A stretch of DNA of 64,000 bases from an uncultured Methanoregulaceae archaeon (GTDB taxonomy: Archaea; Halobacteriota; Methanomicrobia; Methanomicrobiales; Methanospirillaceae): contig CAWJAX010000004.1 of assembly GCA_963841015.1 (NCBI GenBank), forward strand, positions 102,267 to 166,266. Direction: 5' to 3'. Position numbers and translations under genes: made by a program. This document shows, piece after piece, positions 22,805 through 32,632 of the stretch; within the stretch, counting starts at the first letter, position 1; each line of letters opens with the position of its first letter. The notes under the pieces were generated by a model that worked only from the letters and a program-made list of their open reading frames with translations, searched no databases and was not told the origin of the DNA.

Positions 22805-24086
22805 ACAGATGGGCCGGCGCCGGCTTGAAAGTATTAACATTATCAACGCGCTGAGACGGGGAACGGTTCCCGCAGGCGGCCTTGAGCGGATCGTTGTCGG
22901 GCTCGAGGTTGAGGAGGGTGTAATCGGGAAACAGCTGGATTATGTGTCACAGGGAGGCGGCGACACAAAATTCATAAGGGGCGAATACGGAAGCGGCAAG
23001 ACCTTTCTCGTTGCCCGTGCTCTTGAGATCGCACGTTCCAAGGGTTTTGTCACCTCCCATGTTGTGATCTCTTCCTCAACACCCCTCTATAAACTTAAAG
23101 GAATATACCAGCAGATCTGTGCAAACCTCAGGATTTCAGATGAAGAGCATGCCCTCAAAACTATCATCGACAACTGGCTCTATTCTATTGAAGAGCGCCT
23201 GATTTCCGTGGGTGGGGGCGAAGCTGATGACGCTGCTCTTGAAGCCGGAACCGAACGGGAGATCGAAGCAGCACTTTCCGGGATCAGCGAGATGAACACC
23301 GCACTTGCTGCAGCATTACGCACCTATTACCGGGCAAACAATGCCGGTGAATTCCAGCTTGCCCAGTCCGCGCTGGGATGGATCGCTGCCGAACCCAATA
23401 TCGGAAGGGATTTCAAACAGAGGGCAGGGATCCGGGGAGATATCGATGATACCATCGCCTTTATTTTCCTCCGCGGGCTTGTTGCTATTATCCATGGGGC
23501 TGGATACCGGGGCATCGCGATAGCGGTTGATGAAATGGAAACAACGCAGGGGCTCCAGCGCAACCAGCGCGAAAAAGGCTACCAGACACTCGTTCAGATC
23601 ATCGATGCACTTGACCGGGGGGATATGCCACGCTGCTACTTCCTTTTTACCGGGACTCCTGCCATGTATGACGGGTCACGGGGCATACGTTCCGTTCCCC
23701 CGCTCTATGATCGGATCAGCGTAGTGCAGACCGATGCGTACCGGAACCCACGGCAGCCCCAGATTGTGCTCTCGAAGTTCGACACATCAAAGCTCGAACT
23801 GGTTGCACTCAAGGTAGTTGATGTTTACGCTCAGGCATATGCAGAGCCGGACCGGGAGAGGGTGTCGCACCGCTTCATCCGTGCGATGATTAAAAAGATC
23901 ACCACGCGGTTTGGCGGGCGGGTAGATGTGATCCCCCGGATATTCTTAAAAGAGTTTGTCGATGTGCTTGACAAGTGCGAACTCTATGAGGATTATAATC
24001 CCGCAGATACCTATGATTTCGACACCGAGCATCTCAAAGGTGAGCTGAAAAAAGAAGAAGAGGCGGTTATGGTAGTCAGGTTTTAA
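22785..24086 (+). CDS. BrxD/SngB-like P-loop ATPase (DUF2791 family)
   Basis: IINALRRGTVP..GL, Walker A GEYGSGKT, Walker B IAVDEME, FTGTP, PRIFLKEFVDVLD; overlaps the TPR gene stop. Confidence 0.85.
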   Translation: MNIPEPEQMGRRRLESINIINALRRGTVPAGGLERIVVGLEVEEGVIGKQLDYVSQGGGDTKFIRGEYGSGKTFLVARALEIARSKGFVTSHVVISSSTPLYKLKGIYQQICANLRISDEEHALKTIIDNWLYSIEERLISVGGGEADDAALEAGTEREIEAALSGISEMNTALAAALRTYYRANNAGEFQLAQSALGWIAAEPNIGRDFKQRAGIRGDIDDTIAFIFLRGLVAIIHGAGYRGIAIAVDEMETTQGLQRNQREKGYQTLVQIIDALDRGDMPRCYFLFTGTPAMYDGSRGIRSVPPLYDRISVVQTDAYRNPRQPQIVLSKFDTSKLELVALKVVDVYAQAYAEPDRERVSHRFIRAMIKKITTRFGGRVDVIPRIFLKEFVDVLDKCELYEDYNPADTYDFDTEHLKGELKKEEEAVMVVRF

Positions 24087-24133
24087 AAACCCGGCCTGAC
24101 AAGATTTTATGTATTAAATTACAAGGTACCGGT

Positions 24134-24673
24134 ATGAGATGGTTGTGCATCCTGATAATCACGCTTGCGTTCCTCGGGGCTTTTGTAATGCCCGTTGCAG
24201 CAGCAACAAAACTCACCATCTCTGCATCACCGCATCAGGCGCGAATCGGCGATACCATCACCATGAACGGCACAGTGTCGGGCATTACCACGATTGCCGT
24301 ATATCTCTTTGTGATAGGCCCCGATCTTGATACCCGGGGAGTGACCCTTGATAATCTCAATATCCCTGCGGGAAGGGGATTATTTACAACTGCACCAGTA
24401 AAGCTGAACGATGGCAGCTGGACATATACCTGGGATACATCGGTGATTCTTGGAGACATGAAACCAGGAAAATATACCGTATACGTGGTAAGCTCCCCTC
24501 TCGATCGCTCTCGATATGCCCGGGAAGATTTTGCAACAGCAGAAATCGAGTTTCTCCCTTCGGACAAAACTGCGGCTGAAACACCACTCGAACCTGCTAT
24601 ACCGGTTATCGCTGTGGGATTGGGAGCCGTACTGGGACTTTGTTCGTTCCGGATGCAGGGAAAAAGGAAATAG
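24134..24673 (+). CDS. Secreted/membrane-anchored hypothetical protein
   Basis: Signal peptide, beta-rich core (VYLFVIGPDL, WTYTWDTS, PGKYTVYVV), C-terminal TM + basic tail. Confidence 0.75.
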   Translation: MRWLCILIITLAFLGAFVMPVAAATKLTISASPHQARIGDTITMNGTVSGITTIAVYLFVIGPDLDTRGVTLDNLNIPAGRGLFTTAPVKLNDGSWTYTWDTSVILGDMKPGKYTVYVVSSPLDRSRYAREDFATAEIEFLPSDKTAAETPLEPAIPVIAVGLGAVLGLCSFRMQGKRK

Positions 24674-24674
24674 T

Positions 24675-24883
24675 GACTCTGGAGAAATGCTCAATTAAAA
24701 GCATACGCTGGAAGGGGTTTCACCCCCGCCGCTGTGGCTCCCCCAATACAATAATCCCCCCGAACAGGTGCTCCGTCATCATCGCAAAGCGCAGGGGCGG
24801 TATGAGGGGACAGGCACGGTCCCCTCCGTGATCATACCAACATCTTGAATTTCATATCAATGGAAAAGGAATTCTCCAGAGCC
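24675..24883. mobile_element. MITE, 209 bp, with 14-bp imperfect TIRs and 8-bp target-site duplication
   Basis: Left end GACTCTGGAGAAAT, right-end reverse complement GGCTCTGGAGAATT (12/14); GAAATAGT directly flanks both sides (24667-24674, 24884-24891); partial second copy at 32633-32755. Confidence 0.85.
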
Positions 24884-24998
24884 GAAATAGTAGCGGTTTT
24901 TAAAGTGGATTGTAGAACTTTTTTTCTGAATTTTATATCTTTGCAGGATCTTTAAAAAAATCAATTAAAAAACATTAATTCGATGGAGTTCCGGTTCA

Positions 24999-25095
24999 GG
25001 GCCTCTCATAGGCACTGTGGACAGGGATGTGTAATTTTTTTTTAATTTTTTGGTTACCAATCCGCGACGGGGGCGCCCCTTTGGGGGTGGCAGTA
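24999..25095 (-). repeat. Degenerate intergenic double-hairpin repeat, copy 2
   Basis: Reverse complement resembles 19214-19310, with conserved stems and different loops. Confidence 0.55.
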
Positions 25096-25154
25096 TTCAT
25101 CATATTCGATGAACAGACGGGTGACAATTCTCAAATCGAAGGAAAAAAATTCAA

Positions 25155-25402
25155 GGTAATTACTCAATAAAGACCACCTTGAATCTGTACTATTATGGAA
25201 AAAATTCAAAGAATCTCATCTATTTTTAAATTTAAAGACGTTCCTGGGGGCTTCGCCCCCGCCACTGGGGCATCCCCCACATTGCGATAACTCTGTATTA
25301 CCTAATCTCTTGAAATATTCCGAATTTTCTTGATCGGCCGCTAATTTATGAGGAATATCAAGCGTAGGAAAAATTTTTTGTGGCGCCAAATGACGAATCG
25401 CC
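25155..25402 (-). repeat. Dispersed 248-bp intergenic repeat, copy 2
   Basis: Reverse complement matches 12028-12275. Confidence 0.9.
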
Positions 25403-25444
25403 AAAAAGAATATTTCAAAATCAAATCCAGCTCTTTTCTTTATC

Positions 25445-26686
25445 TTAACACTGCCGGCGGATCTTTACAGACTGGGCATGGGCATGCAGACCTTCTGCTT
25501 CTGCAATCGTCTCTACAATATCCCCGATTGCCTCAAGACCGGTCTTATCGATCATCTCAACCGATGCGGTCTTGCAGAAGTGCGCAACATCAAGTCCGGA
25601 ATACATCTTTGAATACCCAGCAGTTGGCAGGACGTGGTTTGTACCAACAGCATAATCCCCGCAGGCAACGGCAGAGTATCTGCCAACAAAAATTGCACCG
25701 GCGTTTTTCACCCGGGTGACAACCGACAGGGGATCTGCTACCTGGATCGAGAGGTGCTCCGGTGCAACCCGGTCAGATGCAGCAATCGCTTCTTCCATAT
25801 CCGCAACAAGGGTATACCCGGAATTATTGAGAGCTTTTTCGATAATTTCCTTCCTTGGGGCTGACGTGAGAAGCGCTGTAATTTCCTTGCCAACTTTTCC
25901 CGGGAGGTTCTTATCCGTGGTAATCAGGATGCAGGCGGCATTCGGGTCATGTTCTGCCTGCGCAAGCACGTCTGCGGCTACAATCCGGGGATCGGCAGTG
26001 TGATCGGCAATGATGCCAATCTCGCTGGGACCTGCCGGAAAGTCAATCTCTACCTGTTCCCGCAGCATCATCTTTGCCAGGGTGACATACACATTACCGG
26101 GTCCGACAATTTTCTGCACGGGCTTTATAGTTTCCGTACCGAGAGCCATGGCTGCAATGGCCTGGGCACCGCCGGAACGGTAGATTTCGGTGACACCGGC
26201 GATATCCAGCGCAACAAGCGTCATAGGATTAATCGGTGGGGGGGAACAGGCGCATATTTCACGGACTCCCGCGACTTTTGCCGGAACGGCACACATGAGT
26301 GCAGATGAGGGGTAGGGTGCACGACCGCCGGGCACATAAATTCCGATCCGGTTCAGTGCCGTTGTCTTAACACCAAGAACGATCCCCGGCTCCATCTCCT
26401 GAAGCCAGAGATCCTTTGGTTTCTGGAGTTCGTGGAAGCGTTCTATGCGTGCATGTGCCTCAATAAGACTCTCAACAATTTTTGTTTCAACATCATCATA
26501 AGCCGATTCACGCTCTTCATCGGATACTGCAATCTCCTTCAGTACAACATGGCGTGAGAGTTCCCGTAAAGCAGTATCACCATTCTTCTGCACGCGATCA
26601 ATTATTTCGGTGACTGTACCTCGCGCATCTTCGAGGCTTGACTTCCTGCCAGCGAGCCACGCATCGATCCCGACTGCCTTCCACAT
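25445..26686 (-). CDS. hisD: Histidinol dehydrogenase
   Basis: GIYVPGG.A.YPSS, GGAQAIAA, GPGN.YV, AGPSE, QAEHD, PEHL, GTNHVLPT; start set at ATG 26686. Confidence 0.95.
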   Translation of the reverse strand: MWKAVGIDAWLAGRKSSLEDARGTVTEIIDRVQKNGDTALRELSRHVVLKEIAVSDEERESAYDDVETKIVESLIEAHARIERFHELQKPKDLWLQEMEPGIVLGVKTTALNRIGIYVPGGRAPYPSSALMCAVPAKVAGVREICACSPPPINPMTLVALDIAGVTEIYRSGGAQAIAAMALGTETIKPVQKIVGPGNVYVTLAKMMLREQVEIDFPAGPSEIGIIADHTADPRIVAADVLAQAEHDPNAACILITTDKNLPGKVGKEITALLTSAPRKEIIEKALNNSGYTLVADMEEAIAASDRVAPEHLSIQVADPLSVVTRVKNAGAIFVGRYSAVACGDYAVGTNHVLPTAGYSKMYSGLDVAHFCKTASVEMIDKTGLEAIGDIVETIAEAEGLHAHAQSVKIRRQC

Positions 26687-26898
26687 AGTGCCAATAGCTA
26701 CGGCAGGAAAGATTGTTAAAGTTTCGTTACCGTAAAATATCGATCGAACAAAGAGTTCTGTCGGTATGCCTGGCAATAAAAAAAATTCCCTTCCGGAATA
26801 GCCGCAGGTATTGGATTATTCATATGCCATCGGGAATAATTTTTTTCAGGACGTTTCAGACAGGGCAAAAAGGATTTGCGTTCTGATCTACCCTGCTC

Positions 26899-27345
26899 TC
26901 ACCGTATACGAATCCGGTGTATCTCTTCAGCGACAAATGATCGAAGCGAAGAATCCTCATCGGTATCAGCATACAGGTCCCTCAGTCCCTCGATTGCGCT
27001 GTAACTCCGCACCGCAGCCAGCGCTGAAGCAGCACGTTCCCGCGTTGCCAGATCTTCTTTCTTATCCTTCAGGCGCTCTATCAGTACATCAACCGCCCGC
27101 CCGCTTCTCAGCTTCAGGAGGGCCTCAGTTGCATGTCTCCGAATCAGCGGATCAGAATCATTGCAACAGTCCATCAGGGGACGCACAGCCCGGGGATCGT
27201 CACTCTCACCCAGGGCAATTACTGCATTGATCCTTTCTTTCTGGCTTCTCTCACCCATTGTTCCATTGATAAGCCGATACACTCCACCTGCTTTTGGCAG
27301 GGAGCTGAACCATTCATTGGCCGATCTTTCCGAAATCATACCCAT
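26899..27345 (-). CDS. HEAT-repeat (PBS lyase-like) protein
   Basis: R..AVIALGE..DPRAV.PL, IRRHATEAL, RERAASAL repeats. Confidence 0.8.
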   Translation of the reverse strand: MGMISERSANEWFSSLPKAGGVYRLINGTMGERSQKERINAVIALGESDDPRAVRPLMDCCNDSDPLIRRHATEALLKLRSGRAVDVLIERLKDKKEDLATRERAASALAAVRSYSAIEGLRDLYADTDEDSSLRSFVAEEIHRIRIR

Positions 27346-28085
27346 TTTACACCATGAAACGATAGTTCTGAAATCAATGCTTTTTCCACCGGAATACCGA
27401 CAGAAAACTCCAGATTTTTTAAGCTACGAAAAGTGGCTGCCACTTACCATGGTGGGCATATACCTGACCAGACCAGACGAGTGCGTGGTCGTGCGGTTTT
27501 TGTTCCATTATATGATTAATGGTAATAGAATTATAAATAATTAATCATGACAAATCCAAAAACTTAGTTCTGGCAGAACACTGTTTTCCTCTGAGATCTC
27601 TTCATCAGTTTTGACAGTATCACTGGCTTTTAAAAGCTGCAGTCACAGCGAAGAGAGTTTCAGTCATGTTTCAGACATCTGATTAAAAATGAAACCCGCC
27701 ATAACACGGATATTCTTTCTTAGAATACCAGTCAGGATATCTGTTAACAATGTTAACATCCTGTGGACCATCCACAATGATGGAATGAGGGGATTTATGA
27801 TCGAAATGTAAAAATCGTTTATATACCTCGTCCTACAGATTGGCGCTTTATATGCTGTCCGTTCCAGTGGAAGCGAAGGGGTTTATAAATGACCAGCGAT
27901 CGGGATCATTTTGAATTCATTCTGCTGTCATAAAATCCAAAAGGACAATTTCTGGTTTTTTTTGTTATGCCGGCATCACATCGGAATAACGACCTAAAAA
28001 AAATGAGCCGGATACCATACACAATAGAGATAAGATATGGCTATAAAGCATATTGCTACAGACAACACAAAATACAGTAGGCAAT

Positions 28086-29969
28086 ATGGCAGAAACGGGC
28101 ATTCCTTATCTGGAAAGTGGTGAATCCCTTATCCTGACAACGGACAGGGTCAGAGTTAACACCGTGCAGTACGATCTGCTGCTCACTACGCGTAACCTCA
28201 TCCTTGTTGATGTCAGGTATGCCCAATTCCAGCCACATTTGATCCCTCTTTTGACAATACAATCGGTGAAGGGAGGCAAGACCGCCAATGGTGAACTGGT
28301 TATCACCCTCTTTTTCACAGATACTGCCAGCAGTTGGGGATCAGAGTCAATGGTCCTTTTCTTCTCCCAGCAACCTGGTGAACAAAGAAAGAGGGAACGG
28401 GATGAATGGTTAAAAACTCTTATGGGACTGATCGTATCGGTACGCCAGGAGACAAGCTACGAAGCGGTAACCGCGGTTGATCCGGAGATCGGAATCCGAC
28501 CCTCCAAAAGACATCAGATCGCTCCCGAGATTCCTCATCCCTATACAAAAGTCGTTGAATCACGGCCTGCACAGTTCGATTTACCCATAATTCCTGACGA
28601 ACCTGAATCTCTGGTTATTCCCGAAGAGGTACAGGAAATACCAGAAACGTCTTTTCCGGGAGAGGAAACAGGTCCTGAAGTCACACCGTCAGCAGGTACA
28701 AACGAGGAGACAGAAGGTGCTTCAGGGGCACGGACTGAATCCATGGATCCTCTACTGTCGCCGGTTCCTGTTGTTGAGGAAACGATTGCTTCACAAGAAG
28801 TGCCTGAATCGTCGGGTACACTACTGTCGCCAATCCCTGTTGTTGAGGAAACGATCGCTTCACAAGAAGTGCCGGGATCACCGGATACTCGCACGGATTC
28901 TGAAATACCAATAATTGTTGAATTTATCCAATATCCCGATCAGGAATCAGAATCGCAGGAAACACCAGATCCGGGACTGTCTCCCGAAGAGATTCCTTGT
29001 GAGGAGGAAGCAGATTCCGGATTACCGACAACAGTTACCGTTTCTCTCCTGGCTGCGGTGAAATCTCTAAGTTCTCCTTCGGCAGTATCTGGAGGAACGA
29101 ATACCCGATTGACTCCACATCCTGGTAGTGAGGAAACCCCGGTTGCGTCACCGGAGGTTATGGTGTTATCTGAAACACTGGCGCCTCAAAAAGACCAAAT
29201 ACTACCTCAACAAACCTCAAAAACCGGGGAAAAACCCGTTGCTTCATTGGAAGAGTTCGAATACCCTGACCTGCCACCTTCACCTGAACCGGTAACCGTT
29301 GCGTCCCCGTCAGTTCCCGGAGAAAATCCCCCCTGCTCAGAACCATTGCCACCTGAATCAGGAACAGAGGGTGAGCCGGTTCAGCAAACTGCTTCTGAAG
29401 TGACTCCTCCCTCCAGGGGATCGCCCCCACCTTCCGGTGACCGGGGTTCCCGACGGCTGACCTTCATCGCAGTCGCTGTGATCATGCTCGTTATCCTCGG
29501 GATTGCAGGAGTGCTGGTTTTTTACCCCCAGAGCCCGGCTGACTCCCGTATTGAACCAACCCCACTCCCTACGCCAACGATACACCAAACTCCTCCACCA
29601 GCACAGGTCATAATTCCTCAAAAGGGAGTGTGGGTACGGGTTGGTTATCCGCATTCCTACTATGGATGGGTCGGGAATACAGGATCAATACGAGGAGTAA
29701 CGGGTTCGGGTGACCAGATATTCAGGATACCGGAAATAGAGGGGATTGTCCAGGTTCAGATGTATAAGCCGGATAACTCGGGAGATACTCTGAGCGTAGT
29801 GGTCTACCGGGACGGAGAGGCAATCAGCCTTCGAAATGTGTCAACCCCCATGGGTTCAATTGAACTCCTGATTGATGCAAAAACCGGCCTTCCTCCCGCT
29901 ATGACGCCGGTTGTTACCCCAACCGGTAATCAGACGGGATCAAATGTCGGTCGGATTATGTATTTCTGA
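28086..29969 (+). CDS. Single-pass membrane protein: N-terminal PH-like domain, acidic Pro-rich linker, TM helix, C-terminal beta domain
   Basis: PYLESGESLILTT...LLLTTRNLIL...RDEW; long E/P/S/T-rich region with internal repeat LLSP.PVVEETIASQEVP x2; TM; GVWVRV domain. Confidence 0.75.
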   Translation: MAETGIPYLESGESLILTTDRVRVNTVQYDLLLTTRNLILVDVRYAQFQPHLIPLLTIQSVKGGKTANGELVITLFFTDTASSWGSESMVLFFSQQPGEQRKRERDEWLKTLMGLIVSVRQETSYEAVTAVDPEIGIRPSKRHQIAPEIPHPYTKVVESRPAQFDLPIIPDEPESLVIPEEVQEIPETSFPGEETGPEVTPSAGTNEETEGASGARTESMDPLLSPVPVVEETIASQEVPESSGTLLSPIPVVEETIASQEVPGSPDTRTDSEIPIIVEFIQYPDQESESQETPDPGLSPEEIPCEEEADSGLPTTVTVSLLAAVKSLSSPSAVSGGTNTRLTPHPGSEETPVASPEVMVLSETLAPQKDQILPQQTSKTGEKPVASLEEFEYPDLPPSPEPVTVASPSVPGENPPCSEPLPPESGTEGEPVQQTASEVTPPSRGSPPPSGDRGSRRLTFIAVAVIMLVILGIAGVLVFYPQSPADSRIEPTPLPTPTIHQTPPPAQVIIPQKGVWVRVGYPHSYYGWVGNTGSIRGVTGSGDQIFRIPEIEGIVQVQMYKPDNSGDTLSVVVYRDGEAISLRNVSTPMGSIELLIDAKTGLPPAMTPVVTPTGNQTGSNVGRIMYF

Positions 29970-30129
29970 CAATGGCTCATTTTTGAGAATCGCTGGTTGA
30001 TCATGACATATGAGGATAATGTATAATTCCCCGTGCCTGGCATCACTGGTCAAAGAAAACATCGAGTCCATATGAAAGCATATTTCTACAGCGAAAGAGA
30101 ATGAAAATTAAGGCAGGGACTGTGGTACT

Positions 30130-31296
30130 ATGGGAAACCCGTATCTGAACCGCGATGAATCCATTATTCTGACAACACACAACGTGACCTTCAACTCCAT
30201 CGTAACTGAAATCATATTTACCAACCAGCGCCTCATCCTTTTTGACAGCAGGCATGCCCAGTTCAGGTACCAGACAATTCCTCTTGCAACGATAGAGACC
30301 GTTATGATCAGGGAGGACGCAGAAAGTAATCCGGTAATTTTTCTCTCAATCGCGCCGGTAACTCCCGACAGTCCGCCACAATCAAAGGAGCTCACTTTTT
30401 CAAAGCAGGCGGGGGGGGACCGGAAACAGGAATGTGTTGATTGGGTAAAACAACTCAAAGAACAGATCACGGCGGTTCGCCAGCAGGAAACTGCTTCCCC
30501 TCAGTCTGCACCATACCATGAAACTGATATTATTTTCGACGATATAAGACCAGACGAAACCGAGCATGTCCTGCCCGTCTCACCACCGCATGAACCTCAT
30601 GCTGAACCACACGCACCCACCATCACGCAACCGGTAAAAAGTATAGAGGATGAGGCAGGACAGGAAACTAGAGAACCAGAGAGTGCAATCCCTGAAGCAC
30701 CGGGATCAGAAGGATCTCTGTTGAAAGATTCAGCGGAAACAACACCAGCACCTCCATCACCTCCATCTTCCCCTCCCCCCTCTGCCCAACCGGGCAAGGC
30801 AAAACTTATAGCGGTCACCGCAATCGTCGTCATCATTGCACTTGTTGCAGGGGCGTTGATCTATTCCATTATTCTTCAGGGAAACGAACGCGAACCTTCC
30901 GTACTACCAGTTACATCGGTGATAACACCCGAAGCAACAATGATTCCAACACCAACCGCGTCACCATCGCCAACCCCTCAGATCACGATACTACCCACCC
31001 CCCAGCCGACCGTGAGTATACCGGATAAAGGGGTCTGGGTTAAGGTACAATATGCAGGGAATTTTAGCGGACGGGTTGGTACTGCAGGTAATATGAAGCA
31101 GGTGAATGCATCCGGGGACCAGTATTACCAGATACCGATAAATGATGGTATCGTAGAGGTATTACTCCAGAAGGAGGACGGTTCAGGAAATGTGCTCGTG
31201 GTTGAAGTGTATCAAAACGGAAAGATGGTCGCCCGCAGCACAAAAGCAACCCCCTTTGGAGCCGTCGAGGTTCGCGAAACGATAAAAAGGGGGTAA
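30130..31296 (+). CDS. Paralog of the upstream PH-like membrane protein
   Basis: PYLNRDESIILTT...IIFTNQRLIL...CVDW; TM; IPDKGVWVKV...SGDQYYQIP...G.VEV. Confidence 0.78.
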   Translation: MGNPYLNRDESIILTTHNVTFNSIVTEIIFTNQRLILFDSRHAQFRYQTIPLATIETVMIREDAESNPVIFLSIAPVTPDSPPQSKELTFSKQAGGDRKQECVDWVKQLKEQITAVRQQETASPQSAPYHETDIIFDDIRPDETEHVLPVSPPHEPHAEPHAPTITQPVKSIEDEAGQETREPESAIPEAPGSEGSLLKDSAETTPAPPSPPSSPPPSAQPGKAKLIAVTAIVVIIALVAGALIYSIILQGNEREPSVLPVTSVITPEATMIPTPTASPSPTPQITILPTPQPTVSIPDKGVWVKVQYAGNFSGRVGTAGNMKQVNASGDQYYQIPINDGIVEVLLQKEDGSGNVLVVEVYQNGKMVARSTKATPFGAVEVRETIKRG

Positions 31297-31389
31297 TTCT
31301 TCTCTACTCCTTTGTCGATGAGTGGCGTGTAAACAGGATTCATCTGAATCTTTTCTCCAGGGAAATAAAGGGATTTCTTTATTCACCTA

Positions 31390-31520
31390 TTATTTCTCCA
31401 TATTTTTAACGGGTCCGCACCCGATTTCAAGGACTTTATCCCTGGTTCTGACATAGGTAGTAACAAACCGATCTGGTTGAAAAAAGAGCCGCCGCAGCCT
31501 TCCGTCAAGATGACTGGCCT
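31390..31520 (-). pseudogene. Remnant of a class I SAM-dependent methyltransferase
   Basis: LDGRLRRLFFQPDRFVTTYVRTRDKVLEIGCGP (motif I) followed within a few codons by a stop. Confidence 0.55.
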
Positions 31521-32055
31521 TTGAAACGGAGAAGATTTTAGGATTGCCGGTAATTTTTGTAATTTTCCTGACCAATAGTTACTGTTACGGTCAATAGCAT
31601 TACTCTCGTACAATACCTTTGATCCCAAATGGATTCTGGTCCCTGGTTTGAAGATTCCCCGTCTCTATAGTTGTAACAAGCAAATATATATTAACGATGA
31701 AAGGGATGTGTATCACTTATAATGCATTTACAACAGGTGGGAAGAATCACCCGGAAGCGGTTCGTTATCACTGAAGAAACAGTGCTTGATATCCTCAGAC
31801 AGCGGCTCAAAGGCGAGAAGGATATCAGCGTTCGCAAGTTCATCCGACAGAAAATGAACCTTTTCGGTTAAGAGACAGCGACAGATCACAATTACCCCCA
31901 GTACATTTTTCACCCATTGTCAGATACTCTTTCTCGACCGATTCCTTTTCTGATACATTCGATAAAAGCACGATAGAATTCAGGCACCCACAGAACCGGT
32001 TTATGTATCGTTCTGCTTCGTCCAGTCCGGTTGGAGGTTTTATGGATGCTCTGGT

Positions 32056-32538
32056 TCAGCGTTTCTGTGCGGCATTTACGCTTTCGATGAGGCCGGGTAT
32101 CTTCTGATTTTCCCCTATCTCTTTTCTGGTAAGGATATACTGCCCGACAACGGTCACGCCTTTTGCCTCGAGTGCTTTTTTCAGGATCGACACTGTGTCT
32201 TTTGCAGAACTCCCGCAGGTTGCAAAGATCACGGACTTTTTGCCGTCACACCCTTTAAGGGCTGCAATCGCCGCGTTGATTGCCGGTGTTGCTTTAAATG
32301 CCCAGACTGGCGTGCCGATGACGATGAGATCAGATGAGGAGACATCGATGGTTTCAGGTTCGATAGGGTCGCATTCCTCTTTCATCGCACGGTAACATCC
32401 CAGCGTGTACGCAGTGATTGCGGAATAATTCTCTTTTGACTTCACTTCAACGAGATCCCCTCCGCAGGACTCCTGGATCTTCTCAGCAATCCCCCGCGTA
32501 ATCCCGGAATAGGAATAGTAAATTATACTGGTTTTCAT
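32056..32538 (-). CDS. Flavodoxin-family protein
   Basis: IIYYSYSGIT..IAE, IGTPVW, FATCG. Confidence 0.88.
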   Translation of the reverse strand: MKTSIIYYSYSGITRGIAEKIQESCGGDLVEVKSKENYSAITAYTLGCYRAMKEECDPIEPETIDVSSSDLIVIGTPVWAFKATPAINAAIAALKGCDGKKSVIFATCGSSAKDTVSILKKALEAKGVTVVGQYILTRKEIGENQKIPGLIESVNAAQKR

Positions 32539-32632
32539 GGTTTATCTTCCCGGGTATTTTCCCGAATGTGTCATTAACCTGTCTGGTTTGATTGTTTCAC
32601 ATTATTTGCAATATTATCTTTTTAGGAATTTT

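Noticed and set aside
20990-24086. Complete BREX or Shango system
   Set aside because: No pglZ, pglX, brxC or Lhr-like helicase in the window; only the ATPase family matches
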